Source: an uncultured Acidobacteriota bacterium (GTDB lineage: Bacteria > Acidobacteriota > Thermoanaerobaculia > UBA5066 > Gp7-AA6). Taken from it: a stretch of 64,000 bases of DNA. The notes below the pieces were generated by a model. It saw only the letters and a program-made list of their open reading frames with translations, was not told the origin of the DNA and ran no database searches. A program made the position numbers and the translations under genes. This document shows, in pieces, positions 20,858-30,047 of the stretch (its first letter is position 1; each line of letters begins with the position of its first letter). Where the stretch lies: the NCBI GenBank assembly GCA_963825175.1, contig CAWGSA010000002.1:94346-158345 (forward strand), written 5' to 3'.

Positions 20858-21142
20858 TCAGGCGTTGCGCAGCTGAGCGGCTATTTCGAAAGGACGCCTC
20901 GCCAGCGAAGAGGCGCTACTCCCTTTCGTTCTCCGCCGGCTGGGCCACGTGTTCTCGGTGTCGAGGTCCTTTTCGTCGAGATCCTCGGCGCCTTCGCGGT
21001 CGTCCTGCTCTTCGAAGTCGAGTGTCATCTCCATGGCCTGGTCATACTCGATCGAGGACGGTTCGAAGCCGACGCCACGCCGGAAACCGTACGTCTGGTA
21101 CCTGAAGGTCTCTTCGCTCTCCCTTTCGACTCCGATCTGCAT
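20858..21142 (-). CDS. small acidic protein of unknown function (MQI...FRRGxGFxPSS family, copy P1)
   Basis: GGAG RBS, then ATG. Product MQIGVERESEETFRYQTYGFRRGVGFEPSSIEYDQAMEMTLDFEEQDDREGAEDLDEKDLD... shares its start and the FRRG(V/L)GF(E/V)PSS motif with the ORF at 31972-32193. The C-terminal extent is uncertain. Confidence 0.5.
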   Translation of the reverse strand: MQIGVERESEETFRYQTYGFRRGVGFEPSSIEYDQAMEMTLDFEEQDDREGAEDLDEKDLDTENTWPSRRRTKGSSASSLARRPFEIAAQLRNA

Positions 21143-21290
21143 GGCTGGCTCCTTTGCTCGAAGGCTTGAGAGCGCAACCCTCATGCCGGAGAGCGTCCGA
21201 TGGCAACGGGCGAAGTAAGTCCTTGATCTGCAGATCCTTGAGATCCTTGGGCGCGGCAAGAGAAAGTGTCCGGATCGGCTCCGCCGTGTC

Positions 21291-22088
21291 TCAACGAGAC
21301 GTCTCCCGCGGCGCGGAGGAGACAGCGGCCCTCGAATCCCGGCGCCGGCGCGCGACGACAACGATCCGGTCCGCGCCTCTCCAGAAAGGGCGCCGGTCCA
21401 GGTCTCCCCAGAGCTCTTCGACCTTCAAGCCCGAAGTCTCGAACAGCCGCCGCAAGGACCGCGCCTCCCACGCGCGCGCCGTGAAGCAGGCTTCGAGGAC
21501 GGACGGCGACTCTCCGCGCCGGCAGTCGCGGTAGCGGTAGCAGGCGCGCCAGAGCTCTCGTGTGCCGATGGGACGCCAGGTCTCCGCGATCGAGAGGATG
21601 CCTTTCGCATGCCGGATCCGACGCTCGCGCCGCTCGATACGTCGCCCCCTGCAGTACAGGCCCTCGAGCACGAAACGGCCCCCGGGCGAGAGCAGCCTCG
21701 AGACGCAGCGCAGAGTCTGCCGGCGCTCGGCCTTCGTCAGCAGATGAGAGAAGGGATCGCTCGGAGCGACGATCAGGTCGAAGTCGCAGGCGAAGCCGAC
21801 CCGGCGGATATCGGCGGCGACGAAGTGAGCTCGGGGGGTGGTCTCGCTCGCAGCTCGCGCCAGCATCTCGATCGAGATGTCGACACCCACGGCCGGAGCA
21901 TCGCTGGCGAGCGCCTTCGTGATCCGGCCGAGGCCGGCGCCCAACTCCAGAATCCGCGTTGGACGCCAGCGCCGGACCAGCCGGCGCCAGAAATCGAGAT
22001 GGGCGCGCGCCGTCGACTCCTTCTCGTAAAACGGAAGGATCCTGCCGTAGTAGGAGCGGATCTCTTCGAGGCGCTCGCGGGGGGGCAT
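21291..22088 (-). CDS. class I SAM-dependent methyltransferase
   Basis: MPPRERLEEIRSYYGRILPFYEKEST...ILELGAGLGRITKALA (motif I), ...VGVDIS...DLIVAPSDPF. Rossmann-fold MTase, ~265 aa. Confidence 0.8.
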   Translation of the reverse strand: MPPRERLEEIRSYYGRILPFYEKESTARAHLDFWRRLVRRWRPTRILELGAGLGRITKALASDAPAVGVDISIEMLARAASETTPRAHFVAADIRRVGFACDFDLIVAPSDPFSHLLTKAERRQTLRCVSRLLSPGGRFVLEGLYCRGRRIERRERRIRHAKGILSIAETWRPIGTRELWRACYRYRDCRRGESPSVLEACFTARAWEARSLRRLFETSGLKVEELWGDLDRRPFWRGADRIVVVARRRRDSRAAVSSAPRETSR

Positions 22089-22111
22089 GACTGCCGTTAT
22101 ATAGAAGTCTC

Positions 22112-23191
22112 GTGCCACGCCTGCTCTTCGTGACGGGAACCGCGCCCGACGTCGAGGCCGGAAGCGGGACATATGTCGGGATCTCGGTTCTGCGAGAGGC
22201 GCTCGAACGGCTCGGGTGCCAGGTGGATCTCGCCGCGCCGTCCGCGGGACGCGGGCCGGTATCTCTGGCCGGACGCTTTCTCTTCAACGTGTCGGTGCGC
22301 GGCATCGCCCGGAGGCTGCGTCCGGACGCGGTCGTCGGCTTCGACTGGGACGGCCTCTTCGTCGCGCGCTCGGGCGCCGCGCACGCCGCGTCGGTCAAAG
22401 GCGTCCTCGCAGAGGAGGCGAGCTTCGAGCGCGGCCTGCCGCGCGTTCGTTTGACCGCCGAGGCCTGGCTCGAGGGAAGGCACGTGCGGCGGGCCGATCG
22501 GATCCTGGCGTCGAGCCGCCACTCGGCCGGGCAGATCGCCGCGGCGTACGGCGTCGATCCGGCTCGGATCGCTGTCGTTCCCGAGCCGATCGATCTCGCC
22601 CGCTGGAGGAAGGCATTCGATTCCGCGGAGCCGTTGCCGAAGGACCACCGATCGATCCTCTGCGTGGCGCATCTCTATCCGCGAAAGGATGTCTCGACGC
22701 TCCTCGATGCGATGACGCATCTGCCGGCGGACGTCGTGCTGCGGGTCGTCGGCATCGGGCCGGAGCTTGCCCGCCTCCAGCAGCGGGCGCGCGATCTCGC
22801 GCTCGGTGGCCGCGTCGAGTTCCTGCGTCACGTGCCCTTTGCGCGCCTGGCCTCGGAATACAAGCGGGCCGACGTCTTCTGCCTCCCCTCGCGGCAGGAG
22901 GGATTTGGAATCGTGTTTCTGGAGGCCATGGCCGCGGAGCTTCCCATCGTCGCCTCACGCGCCGCGGCGGTCCCGGAAGTCGTGGCCGACGGTGAGTGCG
23001 GCGTCCTGGTCCCGCCCCAGGACTCGGGAGCGCTTGCCGCCGCGCTCGCGGCGATCTTGAAGAATCCTCAAGAGCGCCTGCGTCTGGGGCAGGGAGGCGG
23101 CCGGCGCGTCGGCCGCTATGACGCGCCGCTCGTCGCCCGAAGGTTTCTCGAAGCCTTGGGCCTGGAGTCTAGTCCTTCTCCGCGACCTTGA
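22112..23191 (+). CDS. GT4-family glycosyltransferase
   Basis: 359 aa. The C-terminal domain (LPSRQEGFGIVFLEAMAAELPIVASRAAAVPEVVADGECGVLVPPQD) is the GT4 E-x7-E region. It is divergent from the methyltransferase gene. Confidence 0.85.
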   Translation: MPRLLFVTGTAPDVEAGSGTYVGISVLREALERLGCQVDLAAPSAGRGPVSLAGRFLFNVSVRGIARRLRPDAVVGFDWDGLFVARSGAAHAASVKGVLAEEASFERGLPRVRLTAEAWLEGRHVRRADRILASSRHSAGQIAAAYGVDPARIAVVPEPIDLARWRKAFDSAEPLPKDHRSILCVAHLYPRKDVSTLLDAMTHLPADVVLRVVGIGPELARLQQRARDLALGGRVEFLRHVPFARLASEYKRADVFCLPSRQEGFGIVFLEAMAAELPIVASRAAAVPEVVADGECGVLVPPQDSGALAAALAAILKNPQERLRLGQGGGRRVGRYDAPLVARRFLEALGLESSPSPRP

Positions 23192-25829
23192 TCTTCTCCG
23201 CCTTGTCCAGAGCCTTCCGGAAGCGGGAATCACCGTGGAGCGCGTCCAGGTCGTGGTCGTCATCGATGTTGCTTCCGTCGAATCCCGCGTCGAGCGACTG
23301 GAAGAGCCAGTCGAAGGCCTTGTCCCGCTCACCCCGCAGCGCGTAGGAGCAGGCCATGTTGTACATCGTGGTCGGCCTCCGGTACCCGAGCGCAAGCGCG
23401 CGCTCCAGGGCCTGCGTCGCTTCCTCAAACTCGCTGCTGCGAATGGCGGCATAGCCGAGGTTGAACCAGGCGCGCCCGATCTGAGGGTGCGCGTGCGCGA
23501 TCTCGCGGTAATGGGCGATGGCCTTGCGCCACTGGTGCTTGCCAAAGCCAAGAACGTTCCAGTCTCCCGAGGGAAGCGAGAGCGAGAGATCCTCGGCCAG
23601 CCGCTGGAGCTCCTTGTACCGCTCCTGGCCCCGGATGTTGTCCAGGTCGTCGTCCTTGCGCACGAGCCCCGCGTCGTCGAATCCCGCCAGGAGGGCCTTC
23701 TCCAGGGAGTTCAGAGCCTCCTGCCCCTGATCCGCCCGTGCGCGCGCGCAGGCCTCGTTGTAGAGGGACGCGCCGACGCGGTATCCGAGATCCGCCGACT
23801 TCTGGAAGGCTTGTGCCGACGCGTCGAAGCTCTCGTCCGAGAGCAGCTCTTTCCCCAGTCGGTAGAAGGCTTCCCCCTTGGCCGAGGAGCGCTCCGAGAG
23901 GCTGGCCAACCTGCGTTCGGCGGCAGCGGCCTTGCCCCGGTTGAAGGAGTGCGAGAGATCTCGAAACTCGGGAAGCTTTCTCAGGCTGTCCAGGTCGTCG
24001 TCGCGGTTGATGTACTTCTCCAGCTCGAAGCCCTCGTCCACGGCGCGGCGCAGCCACTCCATCGCCTCCGCGCTCTTTCCCAGGCGGGCGTAGCCGCAGG
24101 CGATGTTGTAGCTCGCGGCGTCCTCGCGGTGGCCGAGGTCGATGGACTTCTGGAACGCCTCGATCGCCTCCTCATAGCGGCCCTTGTTGTGGAGCCTCAT
24201 GCCCTGCGAGTACCAGTCGCCGCCGCTCCACCCGTCGCGGTGGGACGCCATCTGAAATCCGGCCAGCTTCGGCGCCGCGGTCCGGGACGCGCCGTCGACG
24301 CCTTCGTCGGCTCCGCGCGCGATCCCTTTCTCGATACCTTCGGCGACCCGCTCCTCGACGTTCGTCGCGACGCGGGCCAGGACTGCCGCCGGCACGGCCT
24401 CGTCGATTCCGCCGTCGACGCCTCCGCGGTCTCCCTTGCACGGGGCCTTCGCGCGCAGCGGCGCTACGGCCGGGTCTTTCCGAAGCGGCGCCCCGGGATA
24501 CACGGCCGGGGCTATCGCGGGCTTGAAGGGGCAAGGCTTTTTTGGGGATGCGGCTCCAGGTTGAGCAGCATGTCGGCTGCCGTCCGCGGCCACCGGGACG
24601 AGGCCGAGAAACGCGGAGATCGGCGCCGTCTCGATCCGGTCGAAGAACGCGGTCCGCTGCTGCGGACACTTCGCCCACGGCTCCATCGCGGCGACCGCGA
24701 GCACGATTCCGAAAACGCCCGCGACGGCCAGTCCCTTTTCGAATGTCGAGATCCGCCGGCGATTCCGCCCGGCGTCCAGAATCGACCGCATGCGGCCTTC
24801 GAATTGCGACGGGCGCGCCATCGGGACGGCTGGAAGGAGCCGCTGGCGGGCGGCCTGCAGCGAGCGCACGATCCCCAGAAGGTGCGCGGCATAGACCGAG
24901 GCCTTCGTTCCCGACCCGAGCACGACGTCGTCGCAAGCCTTCTCACAGTCGCGGCGCGCCTGTTCGACGACCGTCCACGCCAGCGGATGGAACCAGTACA
25001 GGGCCCGAACGATCTCGGCGATCCACAGCGCGATCCAGTCGCGGCGCTGCACGTGCGCGAGCTCGTGCAGGAGAACGACCCGTTGGCGCTCGGCCGGCCA
25101 GCGCCGCGCATTTCCCGCCAGGAGCAGAACCGGGCGGCGCGCGCCCCAGGTCATGGCGATTGGCACGCGGTCGCTGGCCAACAGGGCCACCGGCCGATCG
25201 ATCCCGAGCCGCGCGCAGATCTCTTCCTTGGCCAGAATCCAATCGAGATCCCAGATGGTGACGGCGTGGCGGGAGATGGAGCGAACCCGCGCCGAGCCCG
25301 AGATCAGGCGCACCAGCGAGACGGCCGCGCCCAGGGCCCAAATCAAGAGCGCCCAGGGCATCCACGCGCCCCGCCGCCGGGCCGCAGCGGCCGGTGAGAT
25401 CCGCGCCGGAGCGGCGGAGAAGATTGTGGCCGGAGAGGACGGCGAAAGAGCGGCAGTGTCCGTGTCCCGTGGCCGAGCCGCGGACAGCGGTCTCTCGGGC
25501 CGTTCGCTCTCACCCGAAATCTTCGCCCTCTCGATCGAAGAGGAGACCGCCGCCGGCTCCCATCGAGGTGTCCGTGCGGCGCGCGAGACGGTCTCCACCT
25601 TGTCGGGCAGGAGACTCGGCACGATTGGAAACTGCCAGCGCGGGACCAGGAGCGCGAGGACCGGCAGCGCCAGAGTTCCCATCAGCGCGAACGTCGCCAC
25701 CGCATGGCGCAGGGAAGCCGGGGCGCGCCGCAGCGCGATGAGGGCCAGCTGTCCGGCGAGGAGAAGGAACGTCACCTTGAGAGTGACGTCGAGGCCAAAA
25801 CGCAGCAGCTCGAGGGTAGTGGGCGACAT
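23169..25829 (-). CDS. BlaR1/MecR1-like M56 metallopeptidase signal transducer with a large C-terminal TPR-repeat domain
   Basis: N-terminal TM helices. The M56 zinc-peptidase motif LLHELAHVQRRDWIALWIAE is present. More than 10 TPR-like repeats follow (AIEAFQKSIDLGHREDAASYNIACGYARLGKSAEAMEWLRRAV...). The start overlaps the blaI-like stop. Confidence 0.85.
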   Translation of the reverse strand: MSPTTLELLRFGLDVTLKVTFLLLAGQLALIALRRAPASLRHAVATFALMGTLALPVLALLVPRWQFPIVPSLLPDKVETVSRAARTPRWEPAAVSSSIERAKISGESERPERPLSAARPRDTDTAALSPSSPATIFSAAPARISPAAAARRRGAWMPWALLIWALGAAVSLVRLISGSARVRSISRHAVTIWDLDWILAKEEICARLGIDRPVALLASDRVPIAMTWGARRPVLLLAGNARRWPAERQRVVLLHELAHVQRRDWIALWIAEIVRALYWFHPLAWTVVEQARRDCEKACDDVVLGSGTKASVYAAHLLGIVRSLQAARQRLLPAVPMARPSQFEGRMRSILDAGRNRRRISTFEKGLAVAGVFGIVLAVAAMEPWAKCPQQRTAFFDRIETAPISAFLGLVPVAADGSRHAAQPGAASPKKPCPFKPAIAPAVYPGAPLRKDPAVAPLRAKAPCKGDRGGVDGGIDEAVPAAVLARVATNVEERVAEGIEKGIARGADEGVDGASRTAAPKLAGFQMASHRDGWSGGDWYSQGMRLHNKGRYEEAIEAFQKSIDLGHREDAASYNIACGYARLGKSAEAMEWLRRAVDEGFELEKYINRDDDLDSLRKLPEFRDLSHSFNRGKAAAAERRLASLSERSSAKGEAFYRLGKELLSDESFDASAQAFQKSADLGYRVGASLYNEACARARADQGQEALNSLEKALLAGFDDAGLVRKDDDLDNIRGQERYKELQRLAEDLSLSLPSGDWNVLGFGKHQWRKAIAHYREIAHAHPQIGRAWFNLGYAAIRSSEFEEATQALERALALGYRRPTTMYNMACSYALRGERDKAFDWLFQSLDAGFDGSNIDDDHDLDALHGDSRFRKALDKAEKIKVAEKD

Positions 25830-26216
25830 CTACCGGCCCTCCTCTCTGGCCTGGTCGATCAAATGGGAAAGACGATCGAGCTCTTGAGTGGTGAGCTCGG
25901 AGCGCGACATGTCCAGCAGCGCCGCGACGGCTTTCTCCGGCGAGCCCTCGAAGAAGGTCTGGAGCAGGCTGCGCATCGCGGAGCGGCGCGCCCGATCGGC
26001 CGAAACGGTCGGGGAGTAGAGGTAGCGGTTGCCCTCGACGACATGGCGGACTTGCCCCTTCTGTTCGAGGATGCGCAGCATGGCCCGCACGGCGGAGTAC
26101 CCGGGAGGATCGGGGAGCTTCTCCAGCACGTCCGTCGCGGCCACCTGCCCCTCGCGGTAGATCACTTCCATGATCTGCCGCTCACGGCGGCTCAGGCTGG
26201 CGAGCTCCTTCGGCAT
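25830..26216 (-). CDS. BlaI/MecI/CopY-family transcriptional repressor
   Basis: MPKELASLSRRERQIMEVIYREGQVAATDVLEKLPDPPGYSAVRAMLRILEQKGQV...wHTH. The C-terminal dimerisation region is present. A GGAGGAAGG RBS lies upstream. Confidence 0.9.
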   Translation of the reverse strand: MPKELASLSRRERQIMEVIYREGQVAATDVLEKLPDPPGYSAVRAMLRILEQKGQVRHVVEGNRYLYSPTVSADRARRSAMRSLLQTFFEGSPEKAVAALLDMSRSELTTQELDRLSHLIDQAREEGR

Positions 26217-26235
26217 CGGAACCTTCCTCCTCAGT

Positions 26236-26271
26236 GCTAAAAACCTAGCATAATCATGCTAAAAATTTAGC
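26236..26271 (-). promoter_or_regulatory. candidate BlaI-type operator in the blaI promoter
   Basis: gctaaaaacctagcataatcatgctaaaaatttagc contains a perfect palindrome TAGCAT-aatc-ATGCTA flanked by direct GCTAAAAA repeats. It lies 20-55 nt upstream of the blaI start. Confidence 0.5.
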
Positions 26272-26424
26272 GCCCTTGGAGTATTGAATACGAGGGGCGA
26301 TGAAGAAGGTTCTTTCTGACTGGCCAGAGAAGGCAATTTCAAGCTAACTCATTTGTCCGCAATGGATTGACGGCTTGCTGAGGCTGCCCCCTCTGCCCTG
26401 GTCGGCTGGTATCTTTCCCGGACC

Positions 26425-26967
26425 ATGAAGACTCGTTCCGAGGTTCTCTTCGAGGGGGAGCATCTTTCCTTCTTGCGCGCCGACGGCTGGGAGTACGTCG
26501 AGCATCGCAAGGCGAAGGAGGCGGTGATGATCGTCGCGGTCACGGCCGAAGGGCTGCTGGTCCTGGCCGACGAGTTTCGGCCCGCGGTGGGGGCCCGGGT
26601 GATTTCGCTTCCTGCCGGCCTGGTCGGGGACACCGGGCCGGAGGATCCCCGGACTGCCGCGACGCGGGAGCTGAGAGAGGAAACCGGGCACGAAGCTGCG
26701 GGGCTCGAGGTTCTCGGCCGCGGTCCGGGCTCCGCTGGCGCGAGCTCGGAGATCGTCACCTTCTACCTCGCCCGTGGAGCGCGAAGGGTCGGAGAGCAGG
26801 CGCCCGAGGATCGCTCGCTCATCCGCGTGCACCTGGTGGCCTTGCCGGACCTACGCTCCTGGGCCCGGGGGGAGGAGGCCAAGGGGACGCTCATCGACCC
26901 CAAGATCTGGGCCGGCCTCCATCTGGCCGAGGCCGCCGGCATTACGGCTGCCTCGCCGCCGCGGTGA
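26425..26967 (+). CDS. NUDIX hydrolase
   Basis: LPAGLVGDTGPEDPRTAATRELREETGHEA is a Nudix box (GX5EX7REUXEEXGU). 180 aa. Confidence 0.85.
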   Translation: MKTRSEVLFEGEHLSFLRADGWEYVEHRKAKEAVMIVAVTAEGLLVLADEFRPAVGARVISLPAGLVGDTGPEDPRTAATRELREETGHEAAGLEVLGRGPGSAGASSEIVTFYLARGARRVGEQAPEDRSLIRVHLVALPDLRSWARGEEAKGTLIDPKIWAGLHLAEAAGITAASPPR

Positions 26968-27049
26968 GACTCGCCGGCTGAGCTCCCGGCGCGGCCCTTG
27001 GGGTCACCGCCCTCCAAACCGTTTACAATTCCCGGAAGCCCTCAAACGA

Positions 27050-30025
27050 ATGCGACGCCGGAAGCAGCGCTTGCGCCCGGTCTTCGGTGTCCTGCTCGCG
27101 GCCGCGTGGTTGGCGGCCGCGCCGGCGGGCGCGCTCGATCCGCACAAGGCCGTGACCCAATACGGCCACGAGGCATGGGGTGTCGAGCAAGGTCTCCCCC
27201 AGAACTCCGTGCAGGCGATTCTCCAGGGACGCTCCGGCTATCTCTGGCTCGGTACCGAGGAAGGTCTCGTTCGTTTCGACGGTGTGCGATTCGTGGTGTT
27301 CGACCGGCGCAATACGGCCGGTTTCACCGACAACTACGTCTCCGCGCTGCTGGAAGACCGGCACGGGACGCTCTGGATCGGCACGCGCCAGGGCGGGGTC
27401 ATCCGCTACGCCGCCGGGATCTTCACCGCGCTCACGAAGAAGGATGGGCTGCCCAGCGACTTCGTGCGCTGTCTCGCGGAGGACAGCCAGGGACGCGTGT
27501 GGTTGGGAACCGACGCGGGGCTGGCTCTCTGGACGGGGAAGGGATTCGAGCGCTTCACCGTGCGCGAGGGACTGTCGTCCGACGCGGTGCGTTCGATCTG
27601 CGAGGACGCCGAGGGCAACCTGTGGATCGGCACGCGGGGAGGAGGTCTCGATCGCTTCCGGGACGCCACCTTCACGGCGTACCGAAGATCCGACGGTCTG
27701 CCGAGCGACGACGTCTGGTGCACGCTCGCGGCCCGGGACGGGACCCTGTGGATCGGAACCGCCGGAAGCGGACTCGCGCACATGATCCATGGGCGGTTCA
27801 CGACGGTCACCGCGGCCGACGGCCTTCACAGCGATTTCGTGGGGGCGCTTCTCGAAGACCGCCACGGCAATCTGTGGGTCGGTACCGACGGAGGCGGCGT
27901 GTCCCGGCTGTCGGCGGGAAGATGGGTTTCCTACACGACGAAGGAAGGGCTGTCCAACGATTTTGTTCAGTCGCTCCTCGAGGATCGGGAAGGCAATCTG
28001 TGGATCGGCACGCAAGGCGGCGGCATCAATCGTCTCGAGGATCAGAAGTTCACCCTGCTCTCGGCGCGGGAGGGCCTCTCCCGCGACGCCGTGTGGTCGA
28101 TCTCCGAGGACCGGCAGGGAGCGATGTGGATCGGGACGCTCGGCGGAGGCTTGAACCGCTTGGACGCGGACGGAATACGGGTCTTCACAACGCGGGATGG
28201 GCTCCCGAGCGACGCGGTCTGGTCGACTCTGGATGCGAGTGACGGGAGCCTGTGGATCGGCACCCGGGGAGGCGGTCTCGCTCGCTACAAGGATGGACGG
28301 TTCACCACCTTCGGTACGGCCGAGGGCTTGCCGGCCAGCATCATCCTGTGCCTGCTCGAAGACCGGCGCGGCGTTCTGTGGGTCGGGACCTCGGCGGGTC
28401 TCGCGCGCCTGGACGGAAACCGGTTTCGAGCGTTCACGACGAGAGATGGACTTCCCAACGACAGTATCTTGTCCCTCCTCGAGTCGCGGCAGGGCGTTCT
28501 CTGGATCGGAACGCGTGGCGGGCTCTCGCGACGCGTGGAGGAGAAGTTCTCCAACCTCACCACGGCCCAGGGTCTCTCCAACGACACGATCTTCGATCTT
28601 CACGAGGACGCGGGAGGAGAAGTCTGGTGCGGAACGGCCGGCGGAGGAATCGACCGGATCGGCCCCGGTCGAATCCGATCCTATGGGAGTCACGACGGGC
28701 TCTTCGACGACCTCGTCTACCGAATCCTGGAGGACTCTCTGGGGAATTTCTGGATGAGCTGCAACCGGGGGATCTTCCGCGTCAACCGCCGCGACTTCGA
28801 TCGCTACGACCGGGGACAGATCCGGTCGATCCCCTCGACCGCCTTTTCCCGGGCCGACGGCCTGCGCAATCCCGAGTGCAACGGCGGATTCCAGCCGGCG
28901 GGCTGGAAATCGCGCGACGGACGGCTCTGGTTTCCGACGATCGCCGGCGCCGCGGTCATCGATCCGGCCCATATCCCGGTCAACAAGGTCCTGCCGCCGG
29001 TCGTGCTGGAGGATCTCTTCGTCGACGGGCGCCCATGGCCTCTGCGAGCGGGCTCGCGCATTCCCGCGGGCAAGGGCAACTTCGAGTTCCGCTACACCGG
29101 CCTGTCCTTCGCCGCGCCGGAACGCGTCGGGTTTCGCTACCGGCTGGAAGGATTCGACGCGGCGTGGATCGACGCCGGCAACCGGCGGATCGCCTACTAC
29201 ACCAATCTGCCCTCGGGCAGCTACACGTTCCGCGTTTCGGCCTCCAACGATTCCGGAGTGTGGGCCACGGAGGCTGCTTCCTACTCGTTCTTCGTCGAGC
29301 CGCGCTTCTACCAGACGTCCTGGTTCTTCCTCCTTTGCGTTGTGGCGGCCGGGATCGTCGGGGAGGGAGCCTACGTGCTGCGCGTCCAACGGTTGAAAGC
29401 GCGGCAGAGGGTTCTGGAGGGACTGGTCGCCGAGCGCACGCGGCAGCTGGCGGAAGCCAACCAGGTGTTGGAGCGTCTTTCGCTGGCCGATCCCCTGACG
29501 GGGGTCTCCAACCGGCGGCAGTTCGAGCGGGTGCTCGAGTTCGAGCGGCGGCGCTCGGAGCGCATGGGCACGCCCCTGGCGCTTCTCATGGTCGATATCG
29601 ACGAGTTCAAGGTCTTGAACGATGCCTTCGGGCATCAGGAAGGCGACGAGTGCTTGAAGCGCGTCGCGCAGGAATTGACCCTGGCGGTCCGCGGGGCTGG
29701 AGACCTCGTGTCCCGCTACGGAGGAGAAGAGTTCGCGGTCGTTCTTCCCGCCACCGACGAGGAAGGCGCCCTGGTCCTGGCCGAGCGGGTGCGGGCTCGC
29801 GTCGAGGACCTGGCGATCCCCCTCGCTTCGAACAGGCCCGGGGAATGTCTGACTGTCAGTGTCGGCGTGGCCGGTGTTCGCAGCGTCTCGGGCGTCTCCG
29901 TCGAGGCGCTGGTCGCCGCGGCGGATCAGGCGCTCTACCGGGCCAAGGAGAAGGGAAGGAATCGCGTAGAGAGAGCAGGATTGAGAGACACCCCGCCGGA
30001 GAGGACGCCGAAGCCCCCGGTCTAG
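27050..30025 (+). CDS. membrane sensor diguanylate cyclase: periplasmic two-component-regulator beta-propeller repeats + Y_Y_Y domain + TM + GGDEF
   Basis: Signal/TM MRRRKQRLRPVFGVLLAAAWLAAAPAGA. Many repeats of the type WIGTxxGGLxRF. A Y_Y_Y region follows (FRYRLEGFDAAWIDAGNRRIAYYTNLPSGSYTF). A TM helix precedes the GGDEF domain (RYGGEEFAVVLP). The 1122-aa minus-strand ORF across the same span is an antisense shadow. Confidence 0.85.
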   Translation: MRRRKQRLRPVFGVLLAAAWLAAAPAGALDPHKAVTQYGHEAWGVEQGLPQNSVQAILQGRSGYLWLGTEEGLVRFDGVRFVVFDRRNTAGFTDNYVSALLEDRHGTLWIGTRQGGVIRYAAGIFTALTKKDGLPSDFVRCLAEDSQGRVWLGTDAGLALWTGKGFERFTVREGLSSDAVRSICEDAEGNLWIGTRGGGLDRFRDATFTAYRRSDGLPSDDVWCTLAARDGTLWIGTAGSGLAHMIHGRFTTVTAADGLHSDFVGALLEDRHGNLWVGTDGGGVSRLSAGRWVSYTTKEGLSNDFVQSLLEDREGNLWIGTQGGGINRLEDQKFTLLSAREGLSRDAVWSISEDRQGAMWIGTLGGGLNRLDADGIRVFTTRDGLPSDAVWSTLDASDGSLWIGTRGGGLARYKDGRFTTFGTAEGLPASIILCLLEDRRGVLWVGTSAGLARLDGNRFRAFTTRDGLPNDSILSLLESRQGVLWIGTRGGLSRRVEEKFSNLTTAQGLSNDTIFDLHEDAGGEVWCGTAGGGIDRIGPGRIRSYGSHDGLFDDLVYRILEDSLGNFWMSCNRGIFRVNRRDFDRYDRGQIRSIPSTAFSRADGLRNPECNGGFQPAGWKSRDGRLWFPTIAGAAVIDPAHIPVNKVLPPVVLEDLFVDGRPWPLRAGSRIPAGKGNFEFRYTGLSFAAPERVGFRYRLEGFDAAWIDAGNRRIAYYTNLPSGSYTFRVSASNDSGVWATEAASYSFFVEPRFYQTSWFFLLCVVAAGIVGEGAYVLRVQRLKARQRVLEGLVAERTRQLAEANQVLERLSLADPLTGVSNRRQFERVLEFERRRSERMGTPLALLMVDIDEFKVLNDAFGHQEGDECLKRVAQELTLAVRGAGDLVSRYGGEEFAVVLPATDEEGALVLAERVRARVEDLAIPLASNRPGECLTVSVGVAGVRSVSGVSVEALVAAADQALYRAKEKGRNRVERAGLRDTPPERTPKPPV

Positions 30026-30047
30026 AGACTCGGCAGTCCGCCGGAAA

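Larger units (their letters stand above)
17447..20877 (+). repeat. diverged tandem duplication (two ~1.5-1.9 kb units: ECF-like gene + small ORF) within a low-GC island
   Basis: The nucleotide-level homology is directly visible. For example 18121 ctgggcgagttcgccctgatcgc... aligns with 20031 ctgggtgagttcgcgatgttggc..., and ...acgctgcgatggtctatgccttgct aligns with ...gccgcgatggtctatcgaatctgct. The small ORFs at 18790-18900 and 20720-20870 also align. Confidence 0.6.

Noticed and set aside
21181-22398. 405-aa minus-strand ORF and several plus-strand ORFs (21609-22133, 22216-22995) overlapping the methyltransferase and GT4 genes
   Set aside because: They overlap strongly supported genes in other frames or strands and lack domains.
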